Of a stretch of 64,000 bases of DNA, positions 39,106-53,865 are shown piece by piece. The DNA comes from Octopus sinensis. Lineage: Eukaryota. Positions within the stretch are counted from its first letter, which is position 1, and each line of letters starts with the position of its first letter. The notes under the pieces were generated by a model. It was not told where the DNA came from and ran no database searches. It saw only the letters and a program-made list of their open reading frames with translations. The stretch is taken from NCBI RefSeq assembly GCF_006345805.1, contig NC_043008.1, positions 14,632,001 through 14,696,000 of the forward strand, read 5' to 3'. A program made the position numbers and the translations under genes.

Positions 39106-39816
39106 TTCTTTCTACAATTTCTTGTAGCTTAGAAAATTGAATTTGATTGATTCCCATTCCCAAAAGTAATCTGCCTTTTTGAAACGCAGTTGGAAGTTTG
39201 CCTCTGAAAATGGCTAATTTTATTCAAAGGAAGAATTGTTAGTGCTATTAATAATTTTGTTGTTGATGTTGCTACTGATGTTGTTTATTGTTATTTTTAT
39301 AACTGAAGTCATTGCTGTTGTAATTGATGATGATGATGATGATGACGATGATGTGGAAGAGGAGGAAGAGGTTTTGGCTTTTATGGAATGTTTGTGTGGG
39401 TGGGGAAATAAATTGTCCAAATGGATAAGATAATGGGATCAAATTTTTGGAACCAGGCCAGCAATTTCGGGGGAGTGGGGTAAGTCGATTACATTGACCC
39501 CCCAGCGTTCAACTGATACTTATTTTATTAACCCTGAAAGGATGAAAGGCAAAGTCGACCTTGGCGGAATTTGAACTCAGAACATAGAGAGGAGGAAGAA
39601 ATCCTACTTTCACTTTCACTTTCCCAATATGCTAACCGCTCTGCCAGCTCACTGCCTTCTTCATGGATAAGACAATAGATTCTATCTGTTAGCAGTTTAG
39701 GAGTTTGAGGGTTCAAGCATGAAGCAGATATTTCACAGCATCTACAAACAAGAATACTTAATTCTGTAAGTTCTTCATTTCACTTTCACTTAACTACTGT
39801 AACAGGATGAAAGGTA

Positions 39817-40302
39817 TGTAACACTGGAAGGGTGCAGCTCTCATCCCTTACATTAAATTATTAATCGAAGGAAAATCCAAGACTTCCGAATATCTTCAAC
39901 AGCATAAATATTTTATTTCTGGATTCACAATATATACATTCTTCTTCAGGGCGAATCGGTAGCCTAGGAGCTCGTCGCAGTAGTCAAGTGAACTGAGCCA
40001 AATCCTGTCCGTTCAAGCATAGTGTAGCAATGCCACGAGGTAGCAGTTTGAGAGAGCAGCTACAACACGACCATCCTGTTCGACTGTCAGCTTTCGAGAG
40101 AAGTCGATATGCAGGAAATTTTGCTGCTGCTAGTTTTCTGCGCATGCGCATGACAGAACTTCCAGCAGGCCTCCCGGAAGAAATCCAAACTCTGCGCATG
40201 CGTGCTGAAGATTTCCAAAACGGCATCACTAAACTACTATAAAATCTGCCGGAACTTTCTGGGAAAGTTTCCTGCGATAGTAAACTACCAACGCTATCCA
40301 CA
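39817..40302 (-). mobile_element. Possible solo LTR or promoter-like island
   Basis: TGT...ACA ends, AATAAA on the minus strand near 39913, CpG retained, TGCGCATGCGCA at 40139-40150; no convincing TSD. Confidence 0.3.
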
Positions 40303-41451
40303 CTGTAAGGGATTCATCTCTTTTCTGGAATCCTCCAAAGACGGGCTGCACATCAGTCTGTCTCTGGATGATTCCAGTAGCATATCAGAAATCATTGACC
40401 ACAGTTTCCCCCCCCCAATCACTTTCGGTCTTTGCATTTGAATATTCTCAACCCAGTAAATATCTCAATATCAATGAGCCATTAATTCCTTCTTGGTTGC
40501 CATCTTCCTTCCTCATCTATTTCTCCAAACATGGTTGTATTTGCAAGTGATTTAATCATTTAACTGATAAAACAAAACAACTGCATTTTTCTTTAACTTG
40601 TTTTGTTTCTTTATTTTTCTCTAACTCGAGTCTTTCCATCTTCCAAACTGACACATTAAGTTACCTATCACCATTATCATTATCATCATTATTTTACATC
40701 TGCTTTCTTATGTTGGCATGGGTTGGGTAGGTCATCACAATGTTGTCTGTGGCAGGATTTGAACTCAGAACGTAAAACCACTATTAAGCATTTTGTCTGG
40801 TGCAACAATGATTCTGTCAGCTTACCACATTATCTATTTGTAATAAAATATATACACACTTGTGTGAATTATTTAATTCTTTTATTTGTTTCAGTCATTT
40901 GACTATGGCCATACTGGAGCACCACCTTTAGTCGAGCAAATCGACCTCAGGACATATTCTTAGTAAACCTAGTACTTATTCTATCAGTCTCTTTTGTAGA
41001 CACACCAACATCGGTTGTCAAGCAATGGCGAGGTGGGGAAGGGGACAAACACAGACACACAAACATATAGGCATAGGAGTGGGTGTGTGGTAAGTAGCTT
41101 GCTTACCAACCACATGGTTCCGGGTTCAGTCCCACTGCATGGCACCTTGGGCAAGTGTCTTCTACTATAGCCTCCGGCCAACCAAAGCCTTGTGAATGGA
41201 TTTGGTAGACGGAAACTGAAAGAAGCCCGTTATATGTGTGTGTGTGTGTATGTTTGTGTTTGTCCCCTCCCACCAACATCACTTGACAACTGATGCTGGT
41301 GTGTTTATGTCCCCGTAAATTAGCAATTCGGCAAAAGAGAGCGATAGAATAAGTACTAGGCTTACAAAGAATAAGTCCTGAGGTCGATATGCTTGACTAA
41401 AGGCGGTGCTCCAGCATGGCGACAGTCAAATGACTGAAACAAGTAAAAGAG

Positions 41452-41484
<33 letters not shown>

Positions 41485-42206
41485 TGTACCGTGGGCTTCT
41501 TTCAGTTTCCGTCTACCAAATCCACTCACAAGGCTTTGGTAAGCCTGAAGCTATAATAGAAGACACTTGCTCAAGGTGCCATGCAGTGGAACTGAACTCG
41601 GAACCATGTGGTTGCAAAGCAATAACCTGCATAAGCAATTTACTCAAGAGCAAGGGTGTTCTAGAACCGAGTCTCACTGGATTGTGATTGATGGCCGAGT
41701 TTTATATATTTATACATACATAAGTGTGTGTGTGTGTGTGCACGTGCTCAATGTACCATGTGCTGCAACAGGAAGCAAAGGAAATGGTTACACAATCGTA
41801 TACAATCCCATGGTTTGTAAAGCAAACATCTAAAGTAACCAGAACTATCTGACCTGGACCAGTCTGACCAGCAAGCCATAACCAGAACACAAAAGTCAAC
41901 TGCAAACAGTTATTTTCTATGATTTATTGTGTATGGGGGGAAAATGTTATGGAATATAAAAGAATCAAAAGTCTAAAAACATTATTAATTGCTCTTTTAT
42001 TTCCTGCAGTAAAGAATGTTCTCGTTAGGAAGAAAACCGTACAGCCATGCCTCCACATGTCATCATGACCATCATGATCATCACCATCATCATCATCATC
42101 AGTCAGTGCCTGATTTCCATACTGCCATATATATATATATATATTATATATAATATATATATATAATATTATATATATATATATATATATAATATATGTA
42201 TATATA

Positions 42207-42257
<51 letters not shown>

Positions 42258-42261
42258 GTAT

Positions 42262-42294
<33 letters not shown>

Positions 42295-42876
42295 TATATA
42301 TATATTATGTTATAATATATATATCAAATAAGCAGAAAATAGAGAAAACTTTTGATCAACAACAACTGACTACCATCGGTTAATTATTTTTTAATGCAAA
42401 ACTTTAACGTTGCTTACAGCCGTTTCTGCTACCAATGCCTGTCAGTGCTTCTAAAGAAACTTGAGTAATTTATACCAGTAGTTATAACGGATATTCTTAT
42501 CCCTTAGGTGGTTATTCCAACCACTAACTCTACTTATCTATATATGTGTTTGTGTGTGTTTGTGTGTGTGTATGTATATATATTTAACCCTTCCTAGAAT
42601 TAAGATTGAATGAATGCGGTGATATCTAAAGTATGTTTGTTCCCAAACAACACTTATTTTAGTGCTGTTGACACTTCTGGATTGAATGGTACTGCCCAGG
42701 TGTCGAAACTATAATGATATCTGTGGGGCAGCTGATGATGGAGGTATGTTGGATTATTGATATGGCTGTTATTGTATGTGCGATATATATATGTGTATGT
42801 ATGTGTGCGTGTGTATACACATATGTATGTGTGTATCGTGTGTGTGGTGTGTGTGTGTGTGCATGTGTGTATATAT

Positions 42877-42915
<39 letters not shown>

Positions 42916-43727
42916 TGCAATGTATGTATACATGTGAGTATGTGGGTGTGTATCATCATCATTGTCGTTTAACGTCCACTTTCCATGCTGGCATGGGTTG
43001 GACGGTTTGACTGAGGGCTGGCAAGCCAAAAGGCTGCACCAGGCTCCAATCTGATCTGGCAGAATTTCTACAACTGGATGCCCTTCCTAACGCCAACCTC
43101 TCCAAGAGTGTAGTGGGTGCTTTTTACATGCCACCATATATATATAAATATATATAAATATATATTTATGTGTATGTGGGTGGGTGTATATATATATATA
43201 TATGTACATGAAGTTAGTGTTGTACTTGTAATTGCAAAATTGTGGTTTTGATTCCCAGATCAGTTATGTATTGTGTTCTTGAGCAAAATCCTCCATTTCA
43301 AGTTGTTCCATGCCATTCTCCTGTGACAGACTGGCATTCCGTGCTAGGGGAATGAATGTTGGACTGCATTTTAGTGGCAATCTAATCCATCTTTGAAGAG
43401 CAACATATTTTGCATATTACACCATGTGTGTGTAAAAAGATAATGTGTCATATTTACTCATGTGTAAGCTACACCCGTAATTTAGTGTTAAGTCTTGGTG
43501 AAAAAATTTTTCCCCTTCTTAGCTTTAGCTTTGCTCCATGTGTAAGTCATACCCCAGATTCTTCAGTTAGAACCAACAATGGAATTGTGCAACCTATACA
43601 CGAAGAGATCCGGTGTATATTTTCCGCCACTACAAATGCATAGCAGTGTGTGAAAGAATCATCAACATCAAAATGAATATATATAAATTCTACAACATGC
43701 ATGGCAAATTTATTCTTTATGTATGTG

Positions 43728-43985
43728 TGTTAGAAGCTAGGATCACCAAGCATAGATTGGCATATTTCGGTCATATTATGCGGAGAAAATCCCTGGAGAA
43801 GGACATCATGCTCGGAATGGTCAGTGGCAAGAGAGGAAGAGGCCGACTAAGAACCCGCTGGCTTGACACCATCAAGAGGGATACCGGAAAGGACATAGTC
43901 AATCTGAAAGAAGCGGCCCAGGATAGAACTGACTGGAGGATACTGATCCAACGAGTGACCGAGAGTCGACTTTGACTGAGCGGAT
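43728..43985 (+). mobile_element. BovB-like RTE LINE 3' end
   Basis: LEARITKHRLAYFGHIMRRKSLEKDIMLGMVSGKRGRGRLRTRWLDTIK...AAQDRTDWR.LI.RVTESR. Confidence 0.9.
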
Positions 43986-44844
43986 AGAGATAGATAGATA
44001 GATAGCATACTTGTGTTGTGTGTGTGTGTGTGTGTGTGTATGTGTGTGTGTGAGTGTCAAAGTAGATGGAATGTGTGGTAGTGGGTGATCCAGGAAGACA
44101 TGGGATGAATCACTGAAGAACGACTTTAGAACACTGAACCTTTCAGGCAAAATGACAAAGGACTGAGACACTTGGCACCTCGCTATGCTCAAGGAGACCC
44201 ACACTCCACAGTAGAAGTGTTAAGACTGGTCCCTCTGATTGTGTGAAGCACTTGTGGCAGTGTCGCACAAAAAGGGGCCCATGTGGTGCCATGTTAAAGC
44301 GCCCAGCACACTCGGTAAAATGGTTGGCATTAGGAAGGGCATCCAGTTGTAGAAACCATACCAAATCAGTCCAGAGTCTGGTGCAGCCCCTCAGCTTACC
44401 AGCCCTGGTCAAACCATACATCCCATTTCAGCATGAACAACAGATGTTAAATGATGATGATGATGATGATGATGAAATATATATATAATAGGCACAGGAG
44501 TGGCTCTGTGGTAAGTAGCTTGCTAACCAACCACATGGTTCCGGGTTCAGTCCCACTGCGTGGCATCTTGGGCAAGTGTCTTCTGCTATAGCCCCGGGCC
44601 GACCAATGCCTTGTGAGTGGATTTGGTAGACGGAAACTGAAAGAAGCCTGTCGTATATATGTATATATATGTTTTTGTGTGTCTGTGTTTTGTCCCCTAG
44701 CATTGCTTGACAACCGATGCTGGTGTGTTTACGTCCCCGTCACTTACAAAGAATAAGTCCCGTGGTCGATTAGCTCGACTAAAGGTGGTGCTCCAGCATG
44801 GCCACAGTCAAATGACTGAAACAAGTAAAAGAGTAAAAGAGTAA

Positions 44845-44923
<79 letters not shown>

Positions 44924-46164
44924 CATATAGCACACAGGATAACTGCTCGGCTAGAGATGGCGGCTTCGAAATATATATGTTTCAAAGTGACACCACAGTC
45001 ACTGATCTCATAAATAGAAAAATTATTATTTCTAAATCTTTGAATGTGAAACATTCAGTAACAATACTGGAGAGTTAAGATTATTTGCCAATATAATGTG
45101 GCAGTTCTGGTTAGGATGAATGTTACTGTTATTTAACTCCAGGATGAAGAGAAATAACCCAGAAACCATTGAACAACACACACACACACATATACTACTC
45201 TTTTACTCTTTTACTTGTTTCAGTCATTTGACTGCGGCCATGCTGGAGCACCGCCTTTAGTACTTATTCTATCAGTCTCTTTTTGCCAAACCACTAAGTG
45301 ACGGGGACGTAAACACACCAGCATCGGTTGTCAAGCAATGCTAGGGGGACAAACACAGACACACAAACACAGACACGCACATATATATATATATACATAT
45401 ATACGACAGGCTTCTTTCAGTTTCCGTCTACCAAATCCACTCACAAGGCATTGGTCGGCCCGGGGCTATAGCAGAAGACACTTGCCCAAGATGCCACGCA
45501 GTGGGACTGAACCCGGAACCATGTGGTTGGTAAGCAAACTACTTACCACACAGCCACTCCTGCGCCTATTATATATAATAATATCGAGTTGCCTAATAGT
45601 GGTTTTATCTCTAATTTAATTTTATATATATTGTCATCATCGTCATCATCATCATCATCATCAACATTTAACATCTGTTTTCCATGCTAGCATGGGTTGG
45701 AGAGCTTGACAGGAACTGGCAAGGTCAGTAGGTGCACCAGGCTTGCATAGTTTATTTTGGCAAAGTTGCTATGGTTGGATGCCCTTCCTAATGCCAACCA
45801 TTTTACAGAGTGCATTGAGTGCTTTTTACATGGCACCATCACCAGTGCTTTTTATGTAGAACTAGCACCCACACCCTTGCTTTTTATGTGGCACCTTAGT
45901 GCCACAGTTCTGTTCTGATGGGTGATGGGTGAGGTCTTCTGTTCTGATGGGTGAGGTCTTCTTGAGCACAGCAGTGCACTATGGGTCTTGGTCCTCTGTA
46001 ATTTCCTTTGTAAGGGTCCTTGTTTTGAGATTAGCCTTTAATACTGTACCCTGTGTCTTCCTGGGTCCCCCTCTTCCACAACTTCCCTTCACTTTAAGTG
46101 ATCAATAAAAATGTGCCACTGTGGTACAACATGGAAAACTAGTAAAGAAATCACACAAAGAATG

Positions 46165-46741
<577 letters not shown>

Positions 46742-49485
46742 GTATATACTCATATACAGTGTATTTTATTCAGTGCATTGTGAAATGGTTAAAAGTGACT
46801 TGAGAAAGCCATTTCGATTTAAGAAGGAAATAAAATTTCTACAATGGATTTTCAAATTCCATTGTAGAAATTTACATGTATTTCTCTTTAACAGAGAAAT
46901 CTCTTTTAAGAAGTGGAATCTATCATAAAAGACAGCAACAGCAACAACAACAAAAGTGAAAGTGAAAGAATATCTCATCTCAGTGAGCAGCATGTTCCAA
47001 GTGAAGAAAGGATATAAATATGCATGTATGAATGCATGTATGCACACTCACATGTGGATATACATGTGCATATAATGGATTACCTTTCTGTTTCCGACTT
47101 TTGAATCCACTCACTAAGCTCTGGCAGGTCCTGTATATCTTTTATCTTTTATCTTTAATCTTTTATCTTTTACTCGAATCACTCATCGGACTGCAGTTGT
47201 GCGTGGGCACAGCCTTACAGGGTTTACTCAAACAAATTGACCCTTGTACTTATTTTCTGAAAGTCAGTAAAATATCCCAAGACAATGCTCTTTTACTCTT
47301 TTACTTGCTTCAGTCATTTTGACTGCGGCCATGCTGGAGCACCGCCTTTTAGTCAAGCAAATCGACCCCAGGACTTATTCATTGTAAGCCTAGTACTTAT
47401 TCTATCGGTCTCTTTTGCCGAACCACTAAGCTACAGGGACATAAACACACCAGCATCTTCCAAACCGATACATTAAGTTACTTATCACCATTATCATTAT
47501 CATCATTATTTTACATATGCTTTCTATGTTGGCATGGGTTGGTTTGGTCATCACATCAGATTCAGTTCTCATTCAGTGTTACTGGCCCTACCCTGGATAA
47601 GTCAGAGAACTGCATATCACTAATACATTCCACTTTTCACAAACCCTCTACAGCTGAATACAATTTCCAGCACCACCAATTTACAGTATTTGAGCAGTAC
47701 TTTATTTTATCAACCCCAAAGGGACGAAAGGCAAAGGGTACCTCAGTAGGACTTGAACTTAGAACATAAAGAGCTGTAAGAAGAAATACTACTAAGCATT
47801 TTGTCTGATGTGTTAATGATTCTGCCAACTCACCACATTACTAGAGATGTGTAGACAGATTTAGATATCTCTATCATTTTCAGTTGTAGGATATTCAGAC
47901 AAAACATATCTCTAGAATTAAGAATTAAGTATAGAATAATTCTACAGGTGCAGCTATGGCTGTTTGGTAAGAAGCTTGTGTCTTAAGGCGGTAAGCTGGC
48001 AGAAACATTAGCACGCTGGTCGAAATGCTTTGTGGTATTTTGTCTGCCATTGCGTTCTGAATTCAAATTCCGCTACGGTCGACTTTGCCTTTCATCCTTT
48101 CGGGGTCAATAAATAAAGTACCAGTTACACACTGGGGTCAATGTAATCGACTTAATCCCTTTGTCTGTCCTTTTTTGTCCTCTCTGTGTTTAGCCCCTTG
48201 TGGGTAGTAAAGAAATAGGTATTTCGTCTGCCGTTACGTTCTAAGTTCAAATTCTGCTAAGGTCGACTTTGCCTTTCATCCTTTCGGGGTCAATAAATAA
48301 TGTACCAGTTACGCACTGGGGTCGATGTAATTGACTTAATCCCTTTGTCTGTCCTTGTTTGTCCCCTCTATGTTTAGCCCCTTGTGGGCAATAAAGCAAA
48401 TAAAAAAATAAGCTTGCTTCCCAACCACATGGTCCTGGGTTCAGTCCCACTGCGTGACACCTTGGGCAAGTGTCTTCTGCTATAGCCTCGGGCCAACCAA
48501 AGCCTTGTGAGTGGATTTGGTAGACAGAAGCTGAAAGAAGCCTGTCACATATGTGTGTGCATGTGTGTGTATGTATATTTATGTGTATGGGTGTGTTTGT
48601 ATGTATATCTATTTGTGTGTGTGTGTGTGCACCTGCATTTGTCTATCTGCCATTGCTGGACAACTGATGCTGGCGTGTTTATGTCCCCGTAACTCAGCAG
48701 TTTGACAAAAGAGACCAGTAAAATAAATACTAGGCTTACAAAGAATAATTCCCAAGGTTGATTTCTTCGACTAAAACCCTTTAAGGCGGTGCTCCAGCAT
48801 GGCCACAGTCAAATGACTGAAACGAGTAAAAGGGTAGTCCGATGCAGAACCAAATCTATGGAGCCAAGCATAGAACTGCTACCACGCTGTCAGGTGTTGT
48901 ACAAGAAAGAAAGGTTACTGTAACATACCAATGACATTACTTCAAATCACAGAGAAATCAGGCCTTTTTATATATTTTTTTTTTTTTTTTAAGCAAATGC
49001 AAGGAAGAGAATCTTAACAATATTCCTTGCTGTGAAAAACCAACTTAAAAGAAAGAGTTAATTCCTGTAAATAAATGCAGAGTGACAGTACTGATAAGGC
49101 ATTGAAATGAATAAAAAATAATACGTTTCTGCAATAGAAACAAGAAAAGAAATAGATCGAAAGGTTATTTTATAAATGTGAAGAAACCTTATTTCTAGAT
49201 TTTCCGACAGTCATTCTTCATTGGAATATGATATTTTTGTTCTTTACAACAATAATCATAATCAAATTTTTATATTTTTTGGATAGAAAGGGCAAAACAT
49301 TGTTCATAATAAAAATATGATATATGTGTATATACGTCTCTCTAAGTGGATCCTGTGCGTGGGTTTATACATAACCTTACATATATTATAAATGCATGTA
49401 TGATTTTATATAAACCTAAACCTACGCCTACATACATGACATGCTTGAGAAGACGTGTTCATCTAAGTAAAAATAAGGCCCTAAA

Positions 49486-49610
49486 GCAGTGGTTCTCAAA
49501 TAGGGTCCAGATGACCCTTAGGGGGTTCCATGTAAGATTTTGCTATGAAAATTTATATGCAATACAATGGTTATACTTCTCTAATACACCAAATGTTTTT
49601 TTTTATACAA
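49486..49610 (+). mobile_element. hAT (Charlie-like) terminal fragment
   Basis: Starts CAGTGGTTCTCAAA followed by gggtcc...gaccc; the other end was not found. Confidence 0.4.
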
Positions 49611-52055
49611 TTATAGGCGTAGGAGTGGCTGTGTGGTACGTAGCTTGCTTACAAACCACATGGTTCCGGGTTCAGTCCCACTGCGTGGCACCTTGGGCAA
49701 GTGTCTTCTACTATAGACTGGGGCCGACCAAAGCCTTGTGAATGAATCTGGTAGACAATGAAGAAAAATAAAATTAAGGATAAGATTTGGAATTATAAGG
49801 TGTTTGAGACATCAACTTCTCTTTATATGAAACCTGTCAGTTGAGAAAATACTTTGATTCACTAATATTGTCCCTGCAATTAGTAGAGAAAAACTCCCTG
49901 TAGGGGGTGGTTAAATTCTAAAAGCAACAAACTAGAAAGTCAAGATAATTCCAATGAAATCTGCCAAGCAAATTTTGAGGTAAATAAATATGAGGAAAAT
50001 AAGAATGAGACAGTTGGGCGCAGCAGTTTGGCTGCTGTTGATTTGGCATGGCTGACTGGACATTGATTCTGTTTTGGAGACAGTTCATTTTAGCACTGGA
50101 GGCAAAACACACACACACACAATACGCATGAATGCAGAACTATACACATACAGATAAAAAGTGAGGGTGAGAAATGGAGAGAGGTTTTGCAATTATTTGA
50201 ATATGATTGGCATGAACATGCTCCTCCCCCTCATACACATAAAGAAATATGCTCAAACCCATAAGCTGAGAGAGAGAGGGGTGGAGAGAAAAAGTGACTC
50301 TACAATTTATTAATTGAGCACATCTGACAGAAACACTTTCCTTCTTCTCATACACAGTAAAGGAAATATGCTCAAACACACAAACTGAAAGAGAGAGAGA
50401 GAGAGACGGGAGAGGAAAGGAATGAGACAAACATTAAAATGTCTGGTGTAAAATAAGTTAGTGTCAAATTGGTAAATTGGTAATGCCATGTAAGCAGAGT
50501 CAAAACAACTATGCCAATGCCAAAATGCTTCATACCCAAAGGAAAAAGCAATGGATTTTGTTGTTAGCTTTGTTTTAAAACAACTTGGATTCTATGCCAA
50601 ACAAAATTTGCAAATTATTGGAACACTACAAGTTGTTCTGAATAAAAACGATTTTATTTTATTTCTGGAACAAATTGTCCAGCACCGGTTGTCTAATCTT
50701 CGGTGATGCTGCTTATAAAGAAATGGAGCATAAAAAAAAATTATAATAATTATAAAATCATTAAAACAAGATTTTTAATTTTCCTAAGTATTGATTTGTT
50801 TTGACTTGGTACAAAGGTTTTGAGTATCGGAAAACAACTTTGTTTTTGTTACTAGTCTGGAGCAATTTCTGCAAGCACCATTTCGAAATTGAAATCAATT
50901 TCGATGACTGGCATCCGTGCTAGTGGAGCGCTAAGAGCACCATTCGAGCGTGATCGTTGTCAGAGCGGCTAACTGGCTTCCGTGTCAGTGGCACATAAAA
51001 AACACCATTTGAGCGTGATCGTTACAAGCATCGCCTTACTGGCACTTGTGCTGGTGGCACGTGAGAAAACATTTGAGCGAGGTCGTTGCCAGTGCTGCTG
51101 GACTGGCTCCTGTGCAGGTGGCAAGTAAAAAACACCATTTGAGCATGGCCATTGCCAGTACTGCGTGACTGGCCTTTGTGCTGGTGGTACGTAAAAGCAC
51201 CCACTACACTCTCAGAGAGGTTGGCATTAGGAAAGGCATCCAGCTGTAGAAACTCTGCCAGATCAAGATTGGAGCCTGGTGCAGCCATCTGGTTTGCCAG
51301 TCCTCAGTCAAATCGTCAAACCCATGCTAGCATGGAAAGCGTACGTTAAACGAAGATGATGATGATGATGACCATTGTCTGTGCTGTTCTACTCTTCTTT
51401 GTTAGCTATAATAACATGTGATGGTCCGTGGCCTAGTGGTTAGGGCATTTGGCTGACAATTGTAAGGCTGTGAGTTCAATTCCCAGTAGTGTGTTTTGTT
51501 CTTGAGCAAGACACTTTATTTCATGTTGCTCCAGTCCACTCATTTGGCAAAAATGTGTTGTACCTTTAATTCAAAGTGCCACCCTTGTCACAATTGGTGC
51601 CATACTGAATCTCCTTCAGAATATGAGTAAGAATATGTGTGTCTGTGGAGTTCTCGACCAGTTTCTCATTAATTTCATGAGCAGGCTGTTCTGTCGATCA
51701 GATTGACTGGAACCCTCGTCACCTTAATTGACATGCTATAATAACATAAAACATGCCGGGCAAAATGCTTAGCAGTATTTCATCTGTCTTTACGTTCTGA
51801 GTTCAAATTCCACCAAGGTCGATTTTGCCTTTCATCCTTTCGGGGTCAATAAATTAAGTACCAGTTGCATATTGGGGTCGATCTAATCGACTGCCCCCCC
51901 CCCCCGCCTCCCACAACCTCCAAAAATTTCAGGCCTTGTGCCTAGAGTAGAAAAGGTTATAATAACATAAACAATTGACTTTTTACATTTTGAAATCACT
52001 TGGCTGTTGGTTCAGTCCTACCCCTCCCCAGTTGTGAATGTACATACATTTACAT

Positions 52056-52086
<31 letters not shown>

Positions 52087-52874
52087 CCATCATCACCATC
52101 ATCATCATTTAACATTTGTTATCCATACTGGAATGGGTTGGTTGGTGTGACCAGAGCCAGCAAGCCAGCAGGGCTGCACCAGACTCCACACTAATTTGGC
52201 ATGGTTTCTACGGCTAGATGCCCTTCCTAACACCGAACACTTCACAGAATGTGCTGGGTGCTTTTACGTGGCACCACACAAGCACTTTTATGTGGAACCA
52301 CCCAGGCACTTTTACGTGGCACTGCCCTGGATGCTTTACACTACCAGAAGAACCAGTCCTAACACTTCTGCTGTGTAGAACCAGTCCTAACACTTCTGGC
52401 TCCCTCCCCCAAAATTTTGGACCTTGTGCCTAGAGTAGAAAAGAATATATAAAGGGTGGCAATCTGGCAGAAACGTTAGCACGCCGGGCGAAATGCTTAG
52501 CAGTATTTCATGTCTTTATGTTCTGAGTTCAAATTTTGCTGACATCAACTTTGCCTTTCATCCTCATGGGATCAATAAATTAAGTACCAGTTGCGTGCTG
52601 GGGTTGATCTAATCGACTGGTCTCCTACCCAAAATTTCGGGCCTTGTGCCTAGAGTAGAAAAGGATATTTGTATGTATATGTGTCTACTCATGAATATAG
52701 GTGTGGTTTTTTTTAAATATTTTTTTCTCTTGTATTTGTTTCAGTAATTAAACTGCGGCCATGCTGGGGCACCACCTTGAATTTTAGTCAATCACAAATC
52801 AATCCTGGTACTTATTCTATCAGCTTCTTTTGCCAAATTGCTACATTACCAACACTGGTTAGCAACACATAAAG

Positions 52875-52907
<33 letters not shown>

Positions 52908-53223
52908 CACACACAAACACACCACACACACACACACACAAACACACACATACACACAACAACACACACACACACACACAAATACACACACACACACATA
53001 CACATCAAGCGAAACTTGAAAATTATTGGGAGACTACAAAGCTAATCTGAATAAAAAGAAAATTTGGTTTTATTTCTGGAATAAATTGCTCGGCACTAAC
53101 TGTCTGATCTCCACAGATGCTGCTCATAAAGAAAAGAAGCATTAAAAAAAATAAAAATTTATAATACGATAGATTGAAACAGAATATTTCATTTTTATAA
53201 GAAATCAAGTCACAAAGACATGC

Positions 53224-53260
<37 letters not shown>

Positions 53261-53865
53261 GACACATGATGGGTTTCTTTCAGTTTGCATCTACCACATC
53301 CACTCACAAGGCTTTGGTCAGCCCGAAGCTATAACAGAAGACACGTGTCCAAGTTGGCACACAGTGGGACTGAACCTGGAACCATGTGGTTGGGAAGCAA
53401 GCTTCTTACCACCAAACCACTCCTATATTTGAAGATATATTTGATAATGCATATATGAATATATACTCTTTTACTCTTTTACTTGTTTCAGTCATTTGAC
53501 TGTGGCCATGCTGGAGCACCACCTTTAGTTGAGCAACTCAACTCCAGGACTTACTCTTTGTAAGCCTAGTACTTATTCTATCGGTCTATTTTGCTGAACC
53601 ACTAAGTTATGAGGACGTAAGCACACCAGCATCGGTTGTCCAGCGATGTTGGGGGGACAAACACAGGCACACATAGACACAAACACACACACATACACAC
53701 ATATACGATGGGCTTCTTTTCAGTTTCCGTCTACCAAATCCACTGACATGGTTTTGGTCGGCCCGAGGCTATAGTAGAAGACACTTGCCCAAGGTGCCAT
53801 GCAGTAGGACTGAACCCAGAACCACGTGGTTGGTAAGCAAGCTACTTACCACACAGCCACTCCTG

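Noticed and set aside
46833-46873. 16-bp perfect stem containing aatttctac, resembling a Cas12a repeat or pre-miRNA
   Set aside because: Single copy, AT-rich, and the stem is too short for a pre-miRNA; the similarity is coincidental.
49904-49979. Possible plus-strand exon GWLNSKSNKLESQDNSNEICQANFE between tag and gtaaat
   Set aside because: Weak acceptor, no recognisable homology and no partner exons.
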